Shown: positions 50,027 to 62,435 of the stretch, one piece after another
Layout: each line of letters begins with the position of its first letter
Position numbering within the stretch: position 1 is the first letter of the stretch
Assembly (NCBI RefSeq): GCF_001194135.2
Contig: NC_069000.1
Location: 6,784,633-6,848,632, forward strand
Source of the DNA: Octopus bimaculoides
Taxonomy: Eukaryota
Length of the DNA: 64,000 nucleotides
Direction of reading: 5' to 3'
The notes under the pieces: model-generated
Seen by the model: the letters and a program-made list of their open reading frames with translations, nothing else
Told to the model about the DNA's origin: nothing
The model's database searches: none
Program-made: the position numbers and the translations under genes

Positions 50027-50610
50027 TAGATAATGTGTGTGTGTTATAGTGGTTTGTCTGCTTGTTTGTTTTTGTTTTTTTTATTCACTGATGGCACGAA
50101 ACCAATTTCTATAGCTTTTTCTCGATTACATAAAAAGTATAAAAGATTGAGATGATTGGAAATGCAATCACATTCGCTCAGTGTCCAAATCATGTGATGA
50201 ATGCCGGTGAAACTGAGTTTTGACGCTAACCTTTTAAATTATAAATGTAAAGTCTCTTTCCCTCTCTCCCTCTCTCTCTCGTGGTCACATGCTTTTAGAT
50301 ATTTGGAAATTGTCTTTCGGATTGTGCAGATGGTGTCTGCAAAATTCAAAATTTCCAATGCGGCGTCTGCTAGGTCAGACTGCTGGCGATTTCACAGATA
50401 ACCGCGTGTGTATTGTATGTACGTGTGTGTGTGTGTGTGTGTATTTATGCATATATGCTGTGTGTGTGTGTATTTATGCATATATGCTGTATGCGTGTAT
50501 AACATGAATATGCTTTTATGTATATGGTTGTGTGTGTGTTTATATATGTGTATGTGCATATACATATGGATATGTGGATGTGTGTGTGTGTATATATATA
50601 TCTATGTGGA

Positions 50611-50641
<31 letters not shown>

Positions 50642-50910
50642 GTGTGGATGTGTATATAGATGTGGACGTGGACGTGTGTGTATATGTGGATGTGTGTGTA
50701 AATATATATATGGATGCGCATGTATGTGGATGTGTGTGTATATATGTAGTGTGTGTGTGTATAGATGTGGATGTGTGTGTGTATATATGTGTGTGGATGT
50801 ATGTGGGTGGGTGTATATGTGGATGTGTGTGTGTATGAATGTTTGTGTGTGGTTATATTTATCGATATGTTTGCGCATGTGTATATAGATATCTATATGA
50901 ATGTTTGCAC

Positions 50911-50944
<34 letters not shown>

Positions 50945-53900
50945 GGATATGTTTGTGTATGTATGGATATATTTGTGTGCGTTTATGTGTAGATATACAT
51001 GTATGTGAACATGCTTGTGTGTATGCACATATATATTCCGCGGTACACGTGTTTCAAGCTTTATACACAAACAGTCGTTGCATCATTATATGAGTATATA
51101 ATTGATAGAAAGGATGGTTTAAAGCTATCTTCAGCCGCAAACATGTTTAAACATGTATAAAGCTTGAAACACGTGTACCGCGGAATCCTTTTGTGTTCTG
51201 TTTTCATTTTATGTTATAATGTATTCTTTCACCTCGGCCACTATCTGGCATATACAGGTGCTTACACTTATCAAATATATATATATATATATANNNNNNN
51301 NNNNNNNNNNNNNNNNNNNNNNNNNNNNNNNNNNNNNNNNNNNNNNNNNNNNNNNNNNNNNNNNNNNNNNNNNNNNNNNNNNNNNNNNNNNNNNNNNNNN
51401 NNNNNNNNNNNNNNNNNNNNNNNNNNNNNNNNNNNNNNNNNNNNNNNNNNNNNNNNNNNNNNNNNNNNNNNNNNNNNNNNNNNNNNNNNNNNNNNNNNNN
51501 NNNNNNNNNNNNNNNNNNNNNNNNNNNNNNNNNNNNNNNNNNNNNNNNNNNNNNNNNNNNNNNNNNNNNNNNNNNNNNNNNNNNNNNNNNNNNNNNNNNN
51601 NNNNNNNNNNNNNNNNNNNNNNNNNNNNNNNNNNNNNNNNNNNNNNNNNNNNNNNNNNNNNNNNNNNNNNNNNNNNNNNNNNNNNNNNNNNNNNNNNNNN
51701 NNNNNNNNNNNNNNNNNNNNNNNNNNNNNNNNNNNNNNNNNNNNNNNNNNNNNNNNNNNNNNNNNNNNNNNNNNNNNNNNNNNNNNNNNNNNNNNNNNNN
51801 NNNNNNNNNNNNNNNNNNNNNNNNNNNNNNNNNNTATATATATATATATATATATGGATGTGTGTATACACATGGATTTATGTTGTGTGGGTGTTTATGG
51901 CTATATATTGTATGTGTATGTCCAAATGTATAAACACACACATGTTCACACATACCATTTACACTCCTAATTTAGTTTTAATTCTTGTCATTTGTCCTTA
52001 GCTTCTCCCAAACCGGTTTTTAGTCAGTTGTCGAGCATTTGACACTTTTTAGTATTCTTTTTGTCATTTCTTGTTCCTTAACATACAAAACCTACTTTTT
52101 AGAGCTTTTTTTTTTTGTTACTATCACACTTGCCTCCTTCAGTTAATTTTAGTATTGGCCTTTAATATCGACAAGCTTGTTTCACTTACTGCATTTTAAA
52201 CATGCCTTTTTTATAGCTAACCAAGCGTGTGTGTGTGTGGTCTTTTACCTATTTCAGTCATTGCAGTGCAGCCATGCTGGGGCACCGCCTTCAAAGTTTT
52301 TTGTCAAGCAATTCGACAGCCATTCTGACATTTTCTTAAGCCTGGTATTCGTGCTATCGATTTCATTTTGCCGAACAGTTTTAAGCTTTTTGGGGACATA
52401 AATAAACCGACACCAGTTTTCAATCGGTGGTGTATGCAAATGTAAATGATAGCTGGAGGGAATTTGAAAATATTTGAATATTTTTGTTCTGTCATTCTGT
52501 TTAAGTGCTGTTTAGTCTCAGTTCAACCCTGAGCAGACAGACATGTGATCAAAGGCATTCCAGTCACGACTATCCTTCCTCCCTGTTTTTTTTTTTTCTA
52601 CTTGGAGGGAATCTGGAAACACATTATCCAACCTGTCTTTTTAATTCGGTCAGGTCTGACCTGAAGGCGATTTGACTGCTATCTCTAGCATTCCATGCAA
52701 CCACGTAAAAGTCCACCCGTCAGCTTGCAAAATGTATTGTCGGTGGTGATGAATAAATAGGTTTGCTTGTTAATCACTGACTGACCAACATTTGACGTTC
52801 CAGTCATGACTATACTTCTTTTCCTGTTGTTTTCTTTTGCGTTATCCAAAGGTGTGAAGTTAACTAAATGTTGGCTGATATAGTGTTTCACACCTTGTTG
52901 ATGATAATTAGAACACAGGTGTGATGTGTTTGTATTTTTCTGTGTTTATATAACATTGTGTGGGTTTGCAAACCATATAGAGGGAGCCTGTAGAAATGGT
53001 TGCAAGAAATAGCAACCAAATATCCCTCAAATTATATCTCAGCTTTCCTAAAAATCTAACGACACATTGGATAACTATATAGTCTTGAATATAAAGTCGT
53101 GATGGTCATGAATGAAAATTATCCGATCGTGTTTAGCAGAACAGTCACTTGGTCAAACCTTTTAGTAATATTTATAGAAAAAAATTAACTCAATCTTCCA
53201 AATTTTGTAAAACTTCTGTCCCTGTAGTTTAGCCATTTCTCTTTAAGTTTGCACCGAAATATCTTCATTTGCAAAACAAAACTTTTGTACACTTTTAAAA
53301 CTGAAGAATGACAGCTTGGAATGAATATTGTCAAGGTTATAGTTTTTGTTATTCATACTCTATATTGGTTTCTATGGTTCCATAAATTATTGGTGGTGTA
53401 ATCTTTTTATATAAAACTCTGCTGTAGAGTTGCCAGCAGTTGTCTTCTGCTTTTTTTCTTTTTCTTCTTGTTTTTTTCCAAAATAGTAACCAAATTACTC
53501 TCGTATAGCATCCTAAAAATAAACCCTTGCCCTGAATTACAAGTGAGGACAAGTTGATAGTATGTGCTGTGCTGTAATTAGTTGCTTTTTTTCTTCTTTT
53601 TTTTTTTTAAATGCTTGTGATGTAATTTTGAACAGGCTGAGTACTGAACACCATTCTGCGACTGGAGTAACTGGAGAGATATTCCTTTCTACTCTTGGCA
53701 CAAGGCCTGAAATTTTGGCGGGAGAGGGCCAGTTGATTAGATTGACCCCAGCATGCAACTGGTACTTAAGTTATCGACTCTGAAAGGATGAAAGGCAAAG
53801 TCAACCTCAGCGGAATTTGAACTCAACATAAAAAGACGAAATACTGCTAAGTATTTCGCTGCCTTGCAACTGGAGAGACATTGGCCAGTCTTGGAATCCA

Positions 53901-56900
53901 ACCTATGACTTTATGATCAAAAGGCCACACGCCTTCTCTCTCTCTTTCAATAAATATATAGATATATATATATATTTTTAAGCCTGATACTTACTCTGTT
54001 TCTTTTGCTGAAGTGCTAAGTTACCGTGACATAAACAAACCAACACTGGTTGTCAAGCTGTGGTGGGACACACACACATGACGGGCTTCTTTCAGTTTCT
54101 GTTTACCAAATCCACTCACAAGGCTTTGGTTGGCCTGAGGTTATAGTAGAAGACACTTGTTAAAGGTGCCAAATACCATTTAGAATATGAGTTATAAGAG
54201 CATTGGATGGAATGTGTTTTGAGTTCTGGGTTCAAATCCCACTCAAATCAACTTTGCTTTTTGTATTTCTGGGGGTTGATAAAGTACCATGTAGGATGGT
54301 AGGATTAACCTATAGCCTGGTTCAACACTATCGCATGGTCCTTGAGGGCCTGTAACAATTTGTTCTGTTATTGTATTTGGGCTCAGTTTGTAGTTTGAAA
54401 AAATTTAATCCCTCTCTCCCTTTCAGTCTTAGAGGCTTTGTTAAAAATTATGAGTATTGTTCTTCCTCCTGACTAATGTAAACATGTCATTGAGACTCAA
54501 GGTTGTACCTTACATTGAGACAGCTGTAGTAGTTTGAAGTATCTTTATTCTTGGGCCATAAATAGTGATAAATTAGTCACCTTATTTCATAATTAAAATG
54601 CACTGGTATACAAAAGGCATATCTGTATGCTTATACATTTTCATTTTATACATACACACCCAAATAAGAGTGTGTAATACTGGTGGCCCATTTCATTCAA
54701 ACAATTTTCAACAATCTAAAAAGTTTGACTACGAACGCTACTAGTTGAACTGTTGACAACTGAAAGAATTCAGATATGACAGTGTCTAGACTATTGTGCC
54801 TGGTGACGGACCAGGCAGTAATGTTCTGTCACCAGATTCTGCCTTATGCATGGAACTTGTGGCTCTATTTTGGTAAATGGTTGATCAATGACAACTTCCT
54901 ACTCATTGTAGTAGAGTAAATGGCTGAAAATTCCACTGACATTTAAACTGGCTACATCTGGCCTCTCACACCTATCCTATGATATTATGAAAATAATCAC
55001 ATCATCAAAATTTCAAAGCTAAAAGATCATGCATGATTAATTCAAGATAATTTTAATTCTTTCCATATGACAATAATCTGAATGCTAAAGGGTTAGAAAC
55101 ATCCATCTTACACTTTTGGCATTTCACATATTACCCTTTCATAATTGTTTCTAGGGATTGAACTCTTTGCTAGTCTCTACCAACACAGTTTCTAAAGCTA
55201 CATCACTTACAAAGAAGATTTAATTTTAATGGCCATTGTCCTTTCTCGTTATTTAGCTGACTTAATCTCCTGTCTGTTTGTGATTTATTATTGTCTGAGA
55301 TGAGACTATTCACTATACACTTAATGTTTGTATTGCGACTGTTGGTATTTTTATCATGGCCTGTGTCATGCTTAACCTCAATTCACTTCATTTGTCCAGA
55401 CTGAATCTAGCCGGTAATTTTCATCTAGGATAGTAATGATCTTTTTACAGATTCCTCAGAAAAATACCAAAGTTTGATCTTTGTTCCAAGTATATATTTG
55501 GTTTCAAAGTATTGAATAGCATATTTATAAGTTCTTGCAGTTGTCCCTATTGGTGTTTATAATCCTGATCATCATATTATTATTCTATCTATTTTCCATG
55601 CCAGTATGAGTTGGACAGGTTGTCTCTCAGTTAAAGTTACTTCCTCAATTATATACATCTTTGTTACATTGTACTTAGCTCTAGGTCAGGCTTGACTGAG
55701 CAAACTTATTATTGAAAGCATTCCATCTTCAACCATCCCACTTTCAGATTTGAGTATACAATGTGGCCTTCCTATTGTAAGACAATCGGTTGTGATTTGA
55801 GGAGATTTGGTTGTTTCTTATAATAGGTCAAGTGACTACTCAGTACTCCCACCCTGTTTTTTTTTTGTTTTTTTTTTTGAGGTGAGTCAAGAGTATGTAT
55901 ATAAATCCAATACCTGGATTTTTTTCCTGTCGTGAAATGCTTCAACTGGATTGCGCTTCTCGTAATTAATGAATCATGTTGTGACTTAGCTCCATTGCTT
56001 TAACCAGACTTCTCACCTGATTGTTAGAAAACAGAAGTTAGCACCATTTCTTTCTCCCACCTTGTTTATCAGCAGTGTATTTTTATTCCTCTTTAGTTAT
56101 TTCCTAGTACTGTGTGACTAATACAACATAGTTATATAATTAAAACCTGGAAAGTACAACTGATTTACCATCCCCACCTTCCCTCTTTGTTTATCACAGA
56201 TCAAATTACTTTGTCTGATGTTGAAACACAGCAGAACTGAGGAAGGTGAGAAATCCCTTGGTTAGATACAGGGACATTCTGACAAATGATATCAGTTATT
56301 GTAATGGGTATTGATTAGTTTGGAAACTAGTATCATTATAGATGGAAAGGAGGGAGATTTGATAGCACATTGAAATATTTCAGTAACATTACAGAGTGAG
56401 GTGGTTTGAGGAAAGGGTCCACAAGAAAACGAGGCTCCAAGGAATGTCTCTACATGCAAGATGTAGCAACTAAACCTCCCTCAAACTACATTCTACTGTG
56501 TTATAAAATATATTTGCATAATGTAGTCTGAGGTGGAAATGACCACGGTTTGAATTCCTTTAATTAGAGTTGATCAATCAATCATTTTTACATTCCCACA
56601 ATGTGGGTAGCATTCTAATCCATGGGTTGTGAGTTCATATTTCTCTTGTCACTCACACTTGTTTTGTTTCATCTCAACACAAATGGAATGATTGACTTCA
56701 TTATCCTTGGAAAGTTCTGTACGATGGCCAACATCTCATTAATTAAAACTGGTGTTCTTTTTTTGGTTTGTTTATCTTTCCGCTTCTCATTAATAGAACC
56801 AGAGTAGGCTATTATTAATGTCGTCATTAACTTCTGGTTCATTAAGAGAGTGAGACATTGTTTTGTCAATACACAGTAGAAAATGTTTACAATATTGACA

Positions 56901-59900
56901 TGTTCCAAGGTGGTGAGCTGGCAGAAACACTAGCATACTCTGGACAAAATGCTTAGTTCTGAGTTCAAATTCTGCTAAGGTCAACTTTGCCTTTCATCCT
57001 TTTGGGGGTCAATAAAAGAAGAAACCAGTTGAGCACTGGGGTCGATGTAACTGACTTAGCCCCTCCCCAAAAAATTTGAAATCAGTATTGACATGTTCAG
57101 TAAAACACAATATTATGGTGAGGCCCTTTTTTTTTTTAACCGATTAGTATTCAAATTTTTCTGTTAAACGTAATGTTTGTTTCATTTATATTGTTTTGAA
57201 TTAATTGTGCATTATCTTGTTGTTTAGAGATCTCAATGATGTGATTGTTTAGTTTTAACGGCATTGTAGAGTTCAGGTGAGAGGCCAGATCTGGCCAGTT
57301 TTTCAACATAAAGCTGGTTAAATATTTTGGCCAGATATAGCTGGTTTGAATGCTAAAGGGTTGATGGTATAAGTCTTTTATCCTCTGTAGCTTCACTCAA
57401 AATTTGCATACCATATTTTCTGGTATACTAGTCAAGTTTTTCAGACCAAAATTTACTGCAAAAAACAGAATCATCCAACCCATGCTAACAGGAGAAAAGG
57501 GATGTTAAATGATGATGACATATATGTGTCTTACTGTGTCCTTGCCTTGACTTTGCATGGTAGTTGCAAACGAGTGTCACTGTTGCACAGGTGGTCACCT
57601 TGGCTTCCAGTCCTCCTTGGTTTGAAAGAAGAGCCTACTAAGGATTTATACAAGAAAATGAGGCTCCAAGGAGGAAGTCTCTACATGCTAGATGTAACAA
57701 CCAAACCTCCCTCAAACCACATTCCAAATTACTGGCATAAGGCCAGTAATTTCAGAGTAGGGGTAAGTTGATTACATTGACACCAGTGTCCAACTAGTAC
57801 TTACTTTATTGGCCCCAAATGGATGAAAGGCAAAGTCGACCTCAGCGGAATTTGAATTCAGAATGTAAAGTCAGATGAAATGCTGCTAAATATTTTTCTT
57901 GGTGTGCTAATGATTCTGCCAACTTGCTTCCCTAGCATATATATGTTATTGGCATAACAATTGTCCCAGCATATAGCAAAATTCAAAATATATTTTGTTC
58001 AATTAAGACATTGAAACTGTTGTCTTATTGTGCTGTTTCCTACCCAATTCTTTTGCAGAGTTGATGGCATGGCTGGCATACAATCTTTTACTTTATAATT
58101 TTAGGTATTTAGTGGATACCAAGTGGTTAAAGCAATGGAAAAAATATGTCGGATTTGATAGCTGGGACTCCTATAGCGCTGGAGATCAAAGTGCTAATCC
58201 CGGCCCTATTGACAACAAGACATTATTCAAAGGTGAGCTTGTTTTTTTTTCTTTTGTTGTTTCAAAGAACCTAACATTGATATTTCCAGTTGGTTGATAT
58301 GATTTTTGGAAAGATATTTGCCTCTACATCCATCTCTAACTATTTGTCACTTTCTGCTTACACTCTAATGAACTTATCCATCTATTATTCCTAAACTTCT
58401 CTCTCTGGGTCAGCCAAGACTTGTGGAGTGACTATATCTGTTCTTGAGAGGGGACCTAATCCATTGCCCTTGTTTTAACACAATCACTTGGGGCTCTTCA
58501 ACTGATTCCCCTCTGTTGTGAAAATAGACCAAATCTATGGTTTGGAGAAAATTGATGAGATCTCCTCTTTTCTTGACCAGTCTTAGATGTCTGCAAAATG
58601 ATCTGGTGCTGCTCTCCTATTCTTGACTAAGCTTTACAAACTATCATCTTGAAATTATTCAGTTGTAGTATTTTCATTAAAGAATCTCTGCGTTAATGTT
58701 CTAAAAGTTCTCTCTCTTAATTGGGTTCAGTCCCACTGCATAGCATCTTGGGCAAGTGTCTTCTACTATAGCTTTGGGTCAACCAAAGCTTTGTAAGTGG
58801 AATTTGGTGGACAGAAATTGAAAGAAGCCTGTCATGTGTATGTGTGTTGACATCACATGATAATTGTGTATGTCCCTGTCATACAAGCAGTGATGCATGT
58901 TTCTGATATTCTGTGAAAACCTGCATGGCCATGGAGAAATGCTTGGAAACAGGTGAGGTTTGGCGAAAGGAATGGTGTCCAGCTATTGAAAATCAACTTT
59001 ATACTGCATCTGACCCATGTAAACCTGGGAAAGTGGATGCATTTACACATGGACACCACTCAAGCTTTCCTCTTTCACTCAAGTAAAAGGCAAGGTAACC
59101 ATGAATCTCCTTCACAACAGTGAGACTGTTCTGGCTCCTCTCAATCATACTTCAATCTTTTGACACCTTGATTAAAGCAACTACGCTATTTTCCTTGCTC
59201 TCTCTCAGTTGAAGGGGCTCCCCAGTCTAACAAGATACAAGCTAGCCTCACTAAGTGATTGACATTAGGAAGAGCATCCAGTTGTAGGGGCCATGCCAAA
59301 ACCCAATCATTAGAGTATCATATATTGCCTCCAATCCTTTGGATCCAGTCAAAATGTCGGCCTTAGTGTGGAAAGCAGGCATAAAAATCATGTATATACA
59401 TATTTGAAAAAGAAATGAATAGAACTGGCTTTCCTGATGATTTTTAAACTTTAGTAATTAGATATTTGACCATTTATAAACATTTAATTATTAAAGCAGA
59501 AAAATTACCAGAAAAACCATCCCTATTCATTATTTTTTTCAAATATATAATGCTGTACGAAAGACTTTCTAATTCTAACTATATATATATATATATATAT
59601 ATAAAAAGGGATTACAACATTTATGTTTTAATGAAACAATTGTAACTATAGAATGGAAAAATAATACCATAAATTCCAGTTTTTGTTTTAATGTACACAG
59701 ACAGCTCAAAAGTAATTAAACATCACCATTTTCAAAAGGTTTATTTGTAGAAACAAAATGTCATTTGATGCATGCAAATACTTCATCTAGTATTTAGTAG
59801 GTATGCTTTGTGCACTTTTAATGATTTTAACCTGTCTTGGCATTGTAATAATGAGTAGTGTCTGCTTAGATAAAATGGGCTTAATGAGGGATGTCTATTT

Positions 59901-61350
59901 ACTTTCGAGGTGTGTGTGTGTGTGTTCTTTTATTCTTTTACTTGTTTCAGTCATTTGACTGCGGCCATGCTGGAGCACCACCTTGAAGTGTTATAATTGA
60001 ACAAATTGACTCGGGACTTATTTTTGAAGCCTAGTACTTATTCTATCGGTCTCTTTTGCCAAACCGCTTAGTTACGGGGACATAAACATACCAACACCGG
60101 TTGTCCCTGTTGTCAAGTTGAAACTTCAGTGTCACTATCAACTTTTCCTTGTGAAAGACAATAAGTATACTATTAGAAGTATTGAGTAATCTTTTGGTTT
60201 AATGTTAAGTTGATTTTATAATATATTTCAACATAAGAACAAGCATTAACATAATACATAGGCACATGTGTGAGGGTTTAATGGATTGGCATTGTGGAAT
60301 AATGATTCTGTGTTTCGTGTACTGTATGTGTAACCCTAACCCTTTTGATACCAACCTGGTTGAAACCACTTCTGGCTCTGTAGGACAAATGTCTTGTTTC
60401 CAAAAGTTCTGAATTAAAATCTTCCGCCAAAGCTTAGTCACAATTTATGTTCCTAACACTAGCTTAATGATAACTAAGTTATTTTACTAAATTCTTTGTT
60501 ATATTTAAAGTAATTGAAAGAAACACAGAGCATCTCAACAAAAATATGGTAACCACAAGGTTAATGAGGTTTGCTTCATCATCATCATCATCATCATCGT
60601 TTGACGTCCGCTTTCCATGCTAGCATGGGTTGGATGATTTGACTGAGGACTGGTGAAACCGAATGGCAACACCAGGCTCCAATCTAAATTTGGCAGAGTT
60701 TCTACAGCTGGATGCCCTTCCTAATGCCAACCACTCAGAGAGAGCTTCTTTATTAATATTAATGTAACCATAAAGTGGTAAGCTGGCAGAATTGTTTGCA
60801 CACCAGACAAAATGCTTAATGACATTTCGTCTGTCTTTGCATTCTGAGTTCAAATTTCACCAAGGTTGACTTTGCCTTTCATCCTTTTAGGGGTTGAGAA
60901 AATAAGTACTAGCTGAGCACTAGGGTTGATGTAATCGGCTTAAACCCCCCCCCCTAAAATTGCTGGCCTTGTGGCCAAAATATGAAACCAATATTAATGT
61001 AACCTCAAAGCAGCAGAATTGTTAGCATACCAGACAAAATGCTTAGTGGCATTTTATCCGTCTTTACATTCTGGGTTGACTTTGCAGTACATCCTTTTGG
61101 GTCAATAAAATAAATACCAGTTGAGCATGGAAGTCAATGTAACCAATTTAGTTCCTTCCCTTGAAATTGCTCTCCTTCTGCCAAAACTTGAAATCAATAT
61201 TAATGTAACCTATTTTTTTACCTTTTGTCTTTTTTTAAAGAGGATATGTGTACATTGAAAGAGCATCTGATTGATGAACTTGATTATGTCTTACTACCTA
61301 CTGAAGGATGGAATAAACTTGTATCTTGGTATGGAACTGTTGAAGGACAG
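47400..61350 (+). CDS. USP15: Ubiquitin carboxyl-terminal hydrolase 15/4 (DUSP domain N-terminus), first three coding exons; gene continues beyond the window
   Basis: Exons 47400-47488, 58105-58232 and 61241-61350 give [51 protein letters not shown]...[48 protein letters not shown], the USP15/USP4 N-terminus. Confidence 0.95.
49550..49620 (+). pseudogene. tRNA-Asp(GTC)-derived pseudogene
   Basis: TACTCGTAGTATAGAGTGGTAAGTGTTCTTGCCCGTGACGCAGGACACTGGTTCGATTCCCTGCCGGGGAG aligns end to end with the metazoan tRNA-Asp consensus. The anticodon reads GTG, the T-stem and acceptor stem are broken, and a T6 run follows at 49625-49630. Confidence 0.75.
49633..49972 (+). mobile_element. SINE family B copy
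   Basis: Full head, core and tail. Further partial copies at about 370-480, 5455-5560, 7080-7240, 13500-13680, 15890-16010, 32930-33010, 34490-34700, 35420-35700, 39150-39310, 52240-52440, 53990-54170, 58720-58860 and 59930-60110. Confidence 0.85.
50410..51030. repeat. Compound (TG)/(TA) microsatellite field
   Basis: Interrupted GT and TA dinucleotide runs with ATGTGG spacers. Confidence 0.9.
51035..51186. repeat. Perfect inverted repeat, 33-bp arms, 86-nt spacer
   Basis: ATTCCGCGGTACACGTGTTTCAAGCTTTATACA at 51035-51067 and its exact reverse complement at 51154-51186. Confidence 0.92.
51294..51834. other. Assembly gap (541 N) flanked by (TA)n
   Basis: Run of N with TA microsatellite on both sides. 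Confidence 0.99.
56908..57078 (+). mobile_element. SINE family A copy
   Basis: Colinear with 17644-17779 plus 3' part. Confidence 0.82.
57733..57932 (-). mobile_element. SINE family A copy
   Basis: Reverse complement of the family A consensus. Confidence 0.82.
58105..58232 (+). CDS. USP15: USP15 exon 2
   Basis: TTTTAG|...AG|GTGAGC, 128 nt. Confidence 0.95.
60340..60560 (+). mobile_element. piggyBac-like MITE, third copy
   Basis: Colinear with 4070-4292; ends AAGG|TTAA. Confidence 0.75.
60577..60742 (-). mobile_element. Retroposon 3' end with (GAT)n tail (SINE/RTE-like family)
   Basis: (CAT)nCGTTTGACGTCCGCTTTCCATGCTAGCATGGGTTGG...GGATGCCCTTCCTAATGCCAACC. Related copies at about 15810-15860, 28250-28750, 31310-31450, 33430-33600, 37800-37860, 40890-41090, 46100-46240, 62975-63160 and 63770-63960. 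Confidence 0.75.
60770..61200 (+). mobile_element. Two tandem SINE family A copies
   Basis: 60773-60990 and 61010-61196, bracketed by an identical 15-mer. Confidence 0.82.
61241..61350 (+). CDS. USP15: USP15 exon 3
   Basis: TAAAG|...CAG|GTATTG, 110 nt. Confidence 0.95.
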
Positions 61351-62048
61351 GTATTGTAGCCCTTTTTTATCAGTTGCTCTTGTTAGCAGCATTTGAATTT
61401 TACCAGAAGGAGATTGAATGCATTTACTATTTAAACCCACAGCATTCAGTTTTCTCTGTCAAATCCTGTATTATCTCATAGCTTTGAGATTTCAATATGT
61501 GATTGTTTGTTTTATGAATGACATTGTTGGGAGATGTGAGAGGCTGGTTCTAGCCAATTTGAACTGAAAACGGATAAAGTATTTGAGCCAGATATCGCAG
61601 GTTCAAATGCGCACATGGTATAATTTAGTCTTCAATTATTGTCTGAAAAAAAAAATGGTTAGACATGTCTTGGAACACCTGTAGTGATAGGTCTGCTGGG
61701 ACTAAATGACGACAGCAATCACTATTTCATGTTGAATAATTTCCCTCTAAAACTTGATGGCAGTTTATAAAATATCACTTTGATTCTATAACTTCACCAC
61801 TTGAATCAGTTTAAGTTTTCAGGATCATCTGCTGAGCTGCAACATCTAATAATAATATTCCAGATTAGCTGAAAATAAAATACATTACAAGAATTTGAAA
61901 AACCAAAGCAAATCTCTCTAAGCACGTACATACACACATACCTTATTACTTACTATAATCTTTCGTCTCAAGAATATTCAACCATAGACATCCCATACAA
62001 GTTTTGTCCTTCATTGCCAATCTTCTGTAAAAACCTTTCTGGTTATGT

Positions 62049-62435
62049 CTTTTACTCTTTTAGTTGTTTCAGTCATTTGACTGTGGCCATGCTGGAGCAC
62101 CGCCTTTAGTCGAGCAAATCGACCCCAGGACTTATTTTTGGGATGCCTAGTACTTATTCTATCGGTCTCTTTTGCCGAACCGTTAAGTTACGGGGACATA
62201 AACACACCAGCATCAGTTGTCAAGCGATGTTGTGGGGACAAACACACACATATATATATACATATATACGACAGGCTTCTTTCAGTTTCCGTCTACCAAA
62301 TCCACTCACAAGGCTTTGGTCGGCCAGAGGCTATAGTAGAAGACACTTGCCCAAGGTGCCAGCCACGCAGTGGGACTGAACCCGGAACCATGTGGTTGGT
62401 AAGCAAGCTACTTACCACACAGCCACTCCTGTGCC
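62049..62435 (-). mobile_element. tRNA-derived SINE, family B (near full-length, young copy)
   Basis: Reverse complement reads GTGTGGTAAGTAGCTTGCTTACCAACCACATGGTTCCGGGTTCAGTCCCACTG...CCTTGGGCAAGTGTC...GGAAACTGAAAGAAGCC, then (TG)n and a tail ending TGACTGAAAC...TAAAAGAGTAAAAG. Confidence 0.88.

Noticed and set aside
50408-51093. Cys/Val- and His/Thr-rich ORFs up to 176 aa
   Set aside because: Compound TG/TA microsatellite
51164-52001. 200-268 aa ORFs
   Set aside because: Artefacts of translating through the 541-N gap
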